Assembly: GCA_950097015.1 (NCBI GenBank)
Contig: CATNEN010000001.1
Coordinates: 4,092,001 to 4,156,000 of the forward strand
Direction: 5' to 3'
Source: Macrostomum hystrix
Taxonomy: Eukaryota; Animalia; Platyhelminthes
Length of the DNA: 64,000 bases
Under the pieces are notes generated by a model. The model had not been told where the DNA came from and made no database searches. It was given only the letters and a program-made list of their open reading frames with translations. Below, in pieces: positions 53,515 to 64,000 of this stretch. Made by a program: the position numbers and the translations under genes. Position 1 is the first letter of the stretch, and each line of letters starts with the position of its first letter.

Positions 53515-56500
53515 TTAACAGGGACCTACAAACTTAATCTTTGCGTGTCCGCTGTCGCCAAGCATGTGTTTAATGTTGTCTTCGAACATTGCAATGACGA
53601 ACATGATTCCAACTCCTGTAATAATGCCGGCATTCTGTAGAACAAAGTGAGCTATGCGAGACTCGCCGCGTTTCACATTCACCAGGTTTAGTTCGGGTAG
53701 CTGGAACGGAGTTAACGAGCCGATATGTCTCGAAAATACAAAAAAATACTTACAACTTTATTAAGTAGCATTTTTAGCGTTTTTTCAATATTTATTTCAA
53801 ATTCAAAGGAAAACTTCAAATTCCTACCATATCAACCAACGAGATGTAGATAAAAATTCCCCCGGTAATGGCAAAGATCCAATAGCTAGCGCTTGTCACG
53901 TTTCCTAGAAAGATGCCAATCACCATGCCAACGGCGGCTAGCACTGAGGACAAAACATTGTATAGTAGGGCCTGCTTGACTGGCATGCCAGTTTTAAGTA
54001 GCACGGCAAAGTCGCCTAAATGATAGATGATTGAAAATGGCAACGTTTGATATACTTAAAGATAATGTGTAATTACTTGGGGGAGAAATTAACGTAGGAA
54101 GATAGGATAATTAGAAATACAAAATTTGGAAAATAGGATAGGAAGCTGGGAGAATTAGGGATTAGAAGTTGGAAAAATTAGGGATTAGAAGTTGGGAGAA
54201 TTAGGGATATGATGTTGGGAGAATTAGGGATAGGAAGTTGGGAGAATTAGGGATAGGAAGTTGGGAAAATTAGGAATAATAGTTGGGGGAATTAAGGATA
54301 TTAAACTGGTTATATTTTGGGATGTCAAGTTAAGGAGATTTGGTGATATGAAGTTTGAGTAATAAGGGAGATTTTTAGGACAGGAAGTTAGATGGTGGAA
54401 TGTCAGCCTTACCAAGCTCATGCGGCAGCTCGTGGCAGAACACGGCAATGCTGGTGGAGATGCCGCCAGTGATGCTCTGAGCAAAGGCAGCCCCGATGGC
54501 GAGGCCGTCTGTGAAATTGTGCAGCCCGTCGCCAAAGATGACCATGTAGGCGACGGATACAAGAGACTGCGGCATCTCGTGACCGTGGCCGTGAGCGTGC
54601 GCGTGACCGTGGCCGTGGCCGTGACCGTGTCCTCTTCCTGGCTTCCTTTTTCCGCCGCTAACTGACGGTGCAGTGGACGCCGGTCGGGACGGCACAGCGA
54701 CGCTGATGTCAGCGATCGGGTCAGATTCGTCAGCTACGAAATGCTCGCCGTCGCTTTTATAATCGGGCTCCACAGACGAAGCCATGTTCTCCGGATTTGG
54801 CAACGACTGAAATCCTGGCACCTGCAGCAACAGATTGGACATCGGCATGGCTTCCTGATTGCCGGGACAAGACAGCGGTTGGCATTCTGCATCACCGTCT
54901 TCGCCATTTTCGTCCGTGTCGCTGTGACAATTGTCAGCTGCGGACTTGTAGGTGTCGATGCTGCGCAGAGCTGGCGGGCGAAAATTGATGGAGTTGGCGA
55001 TGGCTGTTTGATACTGATCAAACTTAGGATTCGAACTTACGACCAATAGGTCCACTTTGCTTCAAGGACTGAACAGCTGTTAACAGACTTTGGAACCGCC
55101 GAGGTGTTAAGCAAAGTTATTTTAGTAACTCTTTTGGACAAGTCTCTTCGCCAGAAACCCACTCAAACAACAAAAAACACACCCTGAAGCCACATCGGAC
55201 AACCCCCTGAAGCCACAGCCAACAACCTCCTGAAGCCACAGCCCACAACCGCCTGAAGCCACAGCCCACAACCCCCTAAAGCCACAGCCAACAACCTCCT
55301 GAAGCCACAGCCCACAACCCCCTAAAGCCACAGCCAACAACCGCCTGAAGCCACAGCCCACAACCTCCTGAAGCCACAGCCCACAACCGCCTGAAGCCAC
55401 AGCCCACAACCTCCTGAAGCCACAGCCAACAACCCCTTGAAGCCACAGCCAACAACCTCCTGAAGCCACAGCCCACAACCTCCTGAAGCCACAGCCCACA
55501 ACCTCCTGAAGCCACAGCCCACAATCGCCTGAAGCCACAGCCCACAACCGCCTGAAGCCACAGCCAACAACCTCCTGAAGCCACAGCCCACAACCGCCTG
55601 AAGCCACAGCCCACAACCGCCTGAAGCCACAGCCAACAACCCCCTGAAGCCACAGCCCACAACCGCCTGAAGCCACAGCCAACAACCCCCTGAAGCCACA
55701 TCGGACAACCCCCTGAAGCCACAGCCAACAACCTCCTGAAGCCACAGCCCACAACCGCCTGAAGCCACAGCCAACAACCGCCTGAAGCCACAGCCCACAA
55801 CCGCCTGAAGCCAAAGCCAACAACCGCCTGAAGCCACAGCCCACAACCGCCTGAAGCCACAGCCAACAACCGCCTGAAGCCACAGCCAACAACCGCCTGA
55901 AGCCACAGCCCACAACCGCCTGAAGCCAAAGCCAACAACCTCCTGAAGCCACAGCCCACAATCGCCTGAAGCCACAGCCCACAACCGCCTGAAGCCACAG
56001 CCAACAACCTCCTGAAGCCACAGCCCACAACCGCCTGAAGCCACAGCCCACAACCGCCTGAAGCCACAGCCAACAACCCCCTGAAGCCACAGCCCACAAC
56101 CGCCTGAAGCCACAGCCAACAACCCCCTGAAGCCACATCGGACAACCCCCTGAAGCCACAGCCAACAACCTCCTGAAGCCACAGCCCACAATCGCCTGAA
56201 GCCACAGCCAACAACCCCCTGAAGCCCCAGCCCACAACCCCCTGAAGCCACAGCCAACAACCTCCTGAAGCCACAGCCAACAACCGCCTGAAGCCACAGC
56301 CAACAACCGCCTGAAGCCACAGCCAACAACCGCCTGAAGCCACAGCCAACAACCGCCTGAAGCCACAGCCAACAACCGCCTGAAGCCACAGCCAACAACC
56401 GCCTGAAGCCCAGCCCACAACCGCCTGAAGCCACAGCCAACAACCTCCTGAAGCCACAGCCCACAATCGCCTGAAGCCACAGCCAACAACCCCCTGAAGC

Positions 56501-59500
56501 CCCAGCCCACAACCCCCTGAAGCCACAGCCAACAACCTCCTGAAGCCACAGCCAACAACCGCCTGAAGTCACAGCCCACAACCCCCTGAAGCCACAGCCC
56601 ACAACCCCCTGCAGCCGCAGCACTCCCAAAACTAGGCAGTTGCACAGACCAGCAGCAGATGCTCACCCTTGCTGCTCAGCCCGATGGCAAGGATTTCGTC
56701 GCAGGACTTTCCAACGGTGAGTCGGCCAGACGGTGTTGGCACTCGCCGCTCGTCGAACCCCTGCTGATGATGATGCCGCCTGTCTTCCTGACTGTTGTCG
56801 CCGACTGCGCCGTCGGCACCGCCGACGGAGGCGTGTTCAGCGTCGTGTCTGGCTGCCTCCTAGATGAAGTTTTTTCACTTTTTGCGTTATTCTTCGTTCA
56901 TACTCGTACTTAAACTGAAGCTGCGTTATTGGTTACTGGAGATTAGGCATTCAAACAGGGTAGGCTTGGGTGCTAGTGATGAATTTACTGACTCAACAAG
57001 TCGTTTTTACAACCCTACACTCCATACCATCCTGATCCCACACTCCATACCATCCTGATCCCACACTCCATACCATCCTGATCCCACACTCCATACCATC
57101 CTGATCCCACACTCCATACCATCCTGATCCCACACTCCATACCATCCTGATCCCACACTCCATACCATCCTGATCCCACACTCCATACCATCCTGATCCC
57201 ACACTCCATACTATCCTGATCCAACACTCCATGCCATCCTGATCCCACACTCCATACCATCCTGATCCAACACTCCATGCCATCCTGATCCCACACTCCA
57301 TACCATCCTGATCCCACACTCCAGACCATCCTGATCCCACACTCCAGACCATCCTGATCCCACACTCCAGACCATCCTGATCCCATTCACATCACATCTA
57401 TCTACCCTCTCACATCATTTTATGATTCATGAAATACCACATACAAGCTAGATTTAACTCAAAATTTTTAGATAAATAGCTAAATATTATTACTGCGTAC
57501 TATAGCAAAAACAGTTAATAAATTAATAAAGACCCAAAACATTAAATAATCGTGAGCATTAACACTTAATGAAATAAACTGAGATTTTTATACCTCTCTC
57601 ATCTCTTCTTCCTGGAAAATGACCACAAATAACAGGTACTATGAATGCATGATCTAACGACATAAAAATATGAGTATAACACAAAAAATAATAGAACTTT
57701 CCTTCTGCCTTTCGTTCGCTTCAAAGAAAACGAATAAACGACAAAAAACACAAACCGCAAGACAATAATTTAAGTACTCGTAGTTTGATAATTATAAAAT
57801 AAAACATTTTGAAACCAAAGTGTCAAAGAACAACATTGAAAACATTCACCCAGCCAAAACTATTTTAACGATAACATAAATTAATGCTAACTCTTTTGTT
57901 CTCCGTTTGTCTACCTTCTCAATCTACCACTGTCTACCTTCTCAATCTACCATTGTCTACCTTCTCAATCTACCATTGTCTACCTTCTCAATCTACCACT
58001 GTCTACCTTCTCAATCTACCATTGTCTACCTTCTCAATCTACGATTGTCTACCTTCTCAATCTACCATTTTCTACCTTCTCAATCTACCATTCTCTACCT
58101 TCTCAATCTACCATTCTCTACCTTCTCAATATACTATTTTCTACCTTCTCAATCTACCATTGTCTACCTTCTAAATCTACCACTGTCTACCTTCTCAATC
58201 TACCATTCTCTACCTTCTCAATCTACGATTGTCTACCTTCTCAATCTACGATTGTCTACCTTCTCAATCTACGATTGTCTACCTTCTCAATCTACCATTG
58301 TCTACCTTCTCAATCTACGATTGTCTACCTTCTCAATCTACCATTTTCTACCTTCTCAATCTACCATTGTCTACCTTCTCAATCTACCATTCTCTACCTT
58401 CTCAATATACTATTTTCTACCTTCTCAATCTACGATTGTCTACCTTCTCAATCTACGATTGTCTACCTTCTCAATCTACGATTGTCTACCTTCTCAATCT
58501 ACCATTGTCTACCTTCTCAATCTACGATTGTCTACCTTCTCAATCTACCATTTTCTACCTTCTCAATCTACCATTGTCTACCTTCTCAATCTACCATTGT
58601 CTACCTTCTCAATCTACCATTGTCTACCTTCTTAATCTACCATTGTCTACCTTCTCAATCTACCATTGTCTACCTTCTCAATCTACCATTGTCTACCTTC
58701 TCAATCTACCATTGTCTACCTTCTCAATCTACCATTCTCTACCTTCTCAATCTACCATTCTCTACCTTCTCAATATACTATTTTCTACCTTCTCAATCTA
58801 CCATTCTCTACCTTCTCAATATACTATTTTCTACCTTCTCAATCTACCGTTGTTTACCTTCTCAATCTACCATTGTCTACCTTCTCAATCTACCATTTTC
58901 TACCTTCTCAATCTACCATTCTCTACCTTCTCAATCTACCATTCTCTACCTTCTCAATATACTATTTTCTACCTTCTCAATCTACCGTTGTCTACCTTCT
59001 CAATCTACCATTGTCTACCTTCTCAATCTACCATTGTCTACCTTCTCAATCTACCATTGTCTACCTTCTCAATATACTATTTTCTACCTTCTCAATCTAC
59101 CGTTGTCTACCTTCTCAATCTACCATTGTCTACCTTCTCAATCTACCATTGTCTACCTTCTCAATCTACCATTGTCTACCTTCTCAATCTACCATTGTCT
59201 ACCTTCTCAATCCACCATTGTCTACCTTCTCAATCTACCATTGTCTACCTTCTAAATCTGCCATTGTCTACCTTCTAAATCTGCCATTGTCTACCTTCTC
59301 AATCTACATGCTACATTCTCAATCTACATGCTACCTTCTCAATCTACATGCTACCTTCTCAATCTACATGCTACCTTCTCAATCTACATGCTACCTTCTC
59401 AATCTACATGCTAACTTCTCAATCTACATGCTACCTTCTCAATCTACATGCTACCTTCTCAATCTACATGCTACCTTCTCAACCTAGCTTTGCCTATCTT

Positions 59501-62306
59501 TGCCTATCCAGCTATAATTTTTACATTATTTTTTTTCGCAATAAACTTTCACAAAAACTCGATTCTAGAACACTAAATCTGGCAGAGCTTATGATAAGCG
59601 TCAGATCTCACAAAGGCAACCCTCTTCTTGGTGGATTTTTGGCTGTTATTGCTGCACGTGCTTCGTTTTCGTCCGGTCTGAAAATGATTTTTCAATCACT
59701 TTAGCTACAGAAAACTGACTTCCTATCGAAGCAAGAAACTAATCTATGATATTTGTAATCGCATCTTTTGCAATCTGTCTAATTAATTAGAAAAGCTTGA
59801 AGTATCGCAGGCATTAGCAAAAGCACTCACAATGTGCTATACGCTTCGTCTTCATAATTAAAAGAATTAGTCTGATTACAAGATTACAACCATTTCTTGT
59901 GAATTAAAATGGATATATTTGAGTTCAGCTAATTGATCACAGATTTAAAAAAGGATTGGATACTAGGTAATGACTGATAAATTAATATTGAATTAAATAG
60001 ATAAGGAGTAATGACTGATAAATTAATATTGAATTAAATAGATAAGGAGTAATGACTGGTCAAACAATTTTTAATTAAATAGATAAGGAGTAATGACTGG
60101 TCAAACAATTTTGAATTAAATAGATAAGGAGTAATGACTGAACAATCAATATTGAAGGAAATGTACATGGGGTAATGACTGATCAATCAATATTGAAGGA
60201 AATGTACATGGGGTAATGACTGATCAATCAATATTGAAGGAAATGGATATGGGGTAATGACTGATCAATCAATACTGAAGGAAATGTACATGGGGTAATG
60301 ACTGATCAATCAATACTGAAGGAAATGTACATGGGGTAATGACTGATCAATCAATACTGAAGGAAATGTACATGGGGTAATGACTGATCAATCAATATTG
60401 AAGGAAATGTACATGGGGTAATGACTGATCAATCAATACTGAAGGAAATGTACATGGGGTAATGACTGATCAATCAATACTGAAGGAAATGGATATGGGG
60501 TAATGACTGATCAATCAATACTGAAGGAAATGTACATGGGGTAATGACTGATCAATCAATACTGAAGGAAATGTACATGGGGTAATGACTGATCAATCAA
60601 TACTGAAGGAAATGTACATGGGGTAATGACTGATCAATCAATACTGAAGGAAATGTACATGGGGTAATGACTGATCAATCAATACTGAAGGAAATGTACA
60701 TGGGGTAATGACTGAACAATTAATACTGAAGGAAATGTACATGGGGTAATGACTGATCAATCAATATTGAAGGAAATGTACATGGGGTAATGACTGAACA
60801 ATCAATATTGAAGGAAATGTACATGGGGTAATGACTGATCAATCAATATTGAAGGAAATGGATATGGGGTAATGACCGATCAATCAATATTGAAGAAAAT
60901 GTACATGGGGTAATGACCGATCAATCAAACCTACCTCAATCGCGTGCCTCTCGGACCGGTATTCGCTGACTAGGGCAACAATTTTTTCGGCCATAAAGAA
61001 AAAGTACACGCCGCCTAGTGCCACCAGGCCTTTGAACACTGTCTGCTTCTCGTCGTGACAGCGCTCAGCGTGGGCGTCTTCCATCGCCGATTTCACGATC
61101 GCCTGTTGGGTGGTTGGTTAAATGGGATTAGATTAAAAGAACTTATAATTAGCCAGGTGATATTGGGATATCCTGGGATCTGGGAGATGCTGGGATCTGG
61201 GATATCCTGGGATCTGGGAGATTCTGGGATCTGGGAGATACTAGGATCTGGGAGATGTTGGGATCTGGGAGATACTGGGATCTGGGAGATGTTGGGATCT
61301 GGGAGATGCTGGGATCTGGGAGATCCTGGGATCTGGGAGATGCTGGGATCTGGGATATGCTGGGATCTGGGACATCCTGGGATCTGGGAGATGCTGGGAT
61401 CTGGGAGATGTTGGGATCTGGGAGATCCTGGGATCTGGGAGATGTTGGGATCTGGGAGATGTTGGGATCTGGGAGATGTTGGAATCTGGGAGATCCTGGG
61501 ATCTGGGAGATGCTGGGATCTGGGAGATCCTGTCACAATGTCACACATTCTACTCACGTGAGGTAGCAAGTGCAGCATAGCATCGCCAGTTAGAGAGCCA
61601 ACAGCCAAGGCGACCAGGTATTGAATGAAATGATTGTAATAGGTTGATCGGACAAGTGGCACAACAGCCACACCTGCTAGGCCCACCAGGCTGATTATAA
61701 CGATTGATACAAACGATATCAGCCATACTGAAATGCGCAATTATTGGGCAATCAGTCTAAATTACAAATGGCTAGAAGATAGTTACGGAAATGAAGTGAC
61801 GGGAATAGAGTGACGGGAACGGAGCGACGATAATAGAGTGACGGAAAAAGAGTGACAGGAAAAGTGACGCAAATAGATTGACGTGAATAGAGTGATGGGA
61901 GTAGAGTGACTGGAATTAGAGTGACGGGAGTAGAGTGACGGGAGTAGAGTGACGGGAGTAGAGTGACGGGAGTAGAGTGACGGGAGTAGAGTGACGGGAA
62001 TTAGAGTGACGGGAGTAGAGTGACGGGAATTAGAGTGACGGGAGTAGAGTGACGGGAATAGAGTGACGGGAGTAGAGTGACGGGAATAGAGTGACGGGAA
62101 TAGAGTGACGGGAGTAGAGTGACGAGAATAGAGTGACGGGAACTGAGTGACCGTTTATAATCCAAGTTACCTTTAGGCTTGGCGAATCCGGCCTCGTCAT
62201 GGCTATGATCGGTGTGGTTCTCGCTAGAATTAGCCCCAAATGAATCCGGAGTAGAAGTGCCAGTTGATGATGAACTGCCAGCTGAGGAGTCAGATAGCGC
62301 AGAAAC
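53515..62306 (-). CDS. LIV-1 subfamily ZIP zinc transporter (SLC39A6/10, foi-like), 5'-partial
   Basis: Exons 62306-62171, 61727-61558, 61102-60935, 59677-59612, 57611-57594(?), 56859-56667, 55076-55041, 54970-54413, 54015-53828 and 53700-53515, phases consistent. Motifs [20 protein letters not shown], a His-rich loop, [21 protein letters not shown] and YISLVDMLPE. The N-terminal exons were not found in the window. Confidence 0.9.
54130..54300. repeat. ~23-bp degenerate repeat, ZIP intron
   Basis: Unit gggagaattagggataggaagtt. Confidence 0.8.
55183..56610. repeat. 23-bp minisatellite, ZIP intron
   Basis: Unit cctgaagccacagcc(c/a)acaacc(g/t/c). Confidence 0.97.
57017..57385. repeat. 23-bp minisatellite, ZIP intron
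   Basis: Unit cacactccataccatcctgatcc. Confidence 0.96.
57908..59480. repeat. 23-bp minisatellite switching to a 20-bp derivative, ZIP intron
   Basis: tctaccttctcaatctaccattg, then ctaccttctcaatctacatg from about 59290. Confidence 0.96.
59965..60928. repeat. 41-bp minisatellite, ZIP intron
   Basis: Unit gggtaatgactgatcaatcaata(c/t)tgaaggaaatgtacatg; it starts about 5 nt from the donor at 60934. Confidence 0.96.
61173..61530. repeat. 17-bp minisatellite, ZIP intron
   Basis: Unit gggatctgggagatgct. Confidence 0.95.
61795..62150. repeat. 14/15-bp minisatellite, ZIP intron
   Basis: Unit gtgacgggagtaga. Confidence 0.93.
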
Positions 62307-62389
62307 CTGCTAGAAAAATTATTGTGAGTGGCATTACGCCAATTTTCTAATACGTTCCTTAATAATCTACCATTTATCCCATTCACTAT

Positions 62390-62545
62390 CTTTAGAATTC
62401 CCTACCGATAATCTCCTTTAAAATCCCCTACGATAGATAATCTCCTATAGAATCCCATACGATAATCTCCTATAGAATCTCCTACGATAATCTCCTATAG
62501 AATCCCCTACGATAATCTCCTATAGAATCCCCTACGATAATCTAT
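62390..62545. repeat. 25-bp repeat
   Basis: Unit cgataatctcctatagaatccccta. Confidence 0.85.
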
Positions 62546-63111
62546 TTTAGAACGTCCCGATCCGATAAACAGTATTATAATTTCCCCTTCGATAATCTCC
62601 TGATTGTATACAGACACATTTGGTGGCTTATCTCTGTAAACAATGGCAGGCTCGATTGTCAATGCCTATATTGTGAAAACTGGCCCAGAAATATCCCATT
62701 CATGCATGCAGGCATGACTGGTTCTGATGCAGAGGAGTCACAAAATCGTTACTTGTCAGTATAATACAGATAACCATTTTAGTCAAAGATATCAGATATC
62801 AGTCTAGACAAAAGCATAACTCAAAAGAGATTTGAAGGCCTATTATATATAACGCGTGCAGATAAATTTTCTTACAGTTTAAGTCAAGTCACGCCCGAAA
62901 TGTGCTTTGAGATTGTAATTATTTCCTCTTTATATATATATATGTATGAGTATAATTCCTCGTCTAATTCTAGACCACTTTATTATTTATGCTAAGATAT
63001 GCAACCATAAAATTCAAGCACTAAATATAGACTTTCAGATTGAGTTAAGTGCATCAATATTTTAAAGCAGCTCTAAAATTTTAATCACAGTCAAGTATCT
63101 GGCGTCCTTCT

Positions 63112-64000
63112 AAAGTCCCGCTTCTTGGAAAACTGTCACTTCAAAAGTCCCGCTTGCTTGGAAAATGGTTAGCTAAAAAAGTCCCGCTTTCTTGCAAAAC
63201 TGTCACTTTAAAAGTCCCGCTTTCTTAGAAAACTGTCACTTCAAAAGTCCCGCTTTCTTAGAAAACGGTCACTTCAAAAGTCCCGCTTTCTTGGAAAACT
63301 GTCACTTCAAAAGTCCCGCTTTTTTGGAAAACTGTCACTTCAAAAGTCCCGCTTGCTCTTGGAAAACTGTCACTTCAAAAGTCCCGCTTGCTTGGAAAAC
63401 TGTCACTTCAAAAGTCCCGCTTTCTTGGAAAACTGTCACTTCAAAAGTCCCGCTTGCTTGGAAAACTGTCACTTCAAAAGTCCCGCTTTCTTGGAAAACT
63501 GTCACTTCAAAAGTCCCGCTTGCTTGGAAAATGGTTAGCTAAAAAAGTCCCGCTTGCTTGGAAAACTGTCACTTTAAAAGTCCCGCTTTCTTGGAAAACT
63601 GTCACTTCAAAAGTCCCGCTTTCTTGGAAAACTGTCACTTCAAAAGTCCCACTTTCTTGGAAAACTGTCACTTTAAAAGTCCCGCTTTCTTGGAAAACTG
63701 TCACTTTAAAAGTCCCGCTTTCTTGGAAAACTGTCACTTTAAAAGTCCCGCTTTCTTGGAAAACTGTCACTTTAAAAGTCCCGCTTTCTTGGAAAACTGT
63801 CACTTCAAAAGTCCCGCTTTCTTGGAAAACTGTCACTTCAAAAGTCCCACTTTCTTGGAAAACTGTCACTTCAAAAGTCTCGCCTGCTTGGAAAACTGTC
63901 ACTTCAAAAGTCCCGCTTTCTTGTAAAACTGTCACTTCAAAAGTCCCGCCTGCTTGGAAAACTGTCACTTCAAAAGTCCCGCCTGCTTGAAAAATGGTTA
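63112..64000. repeat. 33-bp minisatellite (runs off the window)
   Basis: Unit aaagtcccgctttcttggaaaactgtcacttca. Confidence 0.96.

Noticed and set aside
44351-63990. Long repetitive ORFs in the track ([26 protein letters not shown] and others)
   Set aside because: They are translations of stop-free minisatellites, mostly inside introns of real genes, and are open in several frames at once.

Overview
This is AT-rich eukaryotic, most likely invertebrate animal, genomic DNA with GT-AG spliced genes. It holds five host genes: ARF6 (+, 3 exons), an RPS13 with an intronless CDS (+), a NEDD4-family C2-4xWW-HECT ligase (+, 7 exons), a divergent AGC kinase with DMG in place of DFG (-), and the 3' part of a LIV-1 (SLC39A6/10-like) zinc transporter (-). 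Almost every intron longer than about 250 bp carries its own distinct minisatellite. The main mobile element is a ~10.4-kb unit (2063-12435) bounded by identical 146-bp inverted repeats. It encodes a decayed Mutator/NOF-type DDE transposase fused to a USP-like cysteine-peptidase domain, plus two paralogous opposite-strand cargo ORFs of unknown family. Other mobile DNA: five copies of a tRNA-derived SINE, a 4.3-kb CACTA/EnSpm-like element with a GA target-site duplication (TSD), three copies of a TA-flanked MITE, a smaller CCC..GGG element, and a truncated Penelope-like element with a minimal hammerhead ribozyme, an inverted tail and a 13-bp TSD. All family assignments come from reading motifs by eye; no database search was run.
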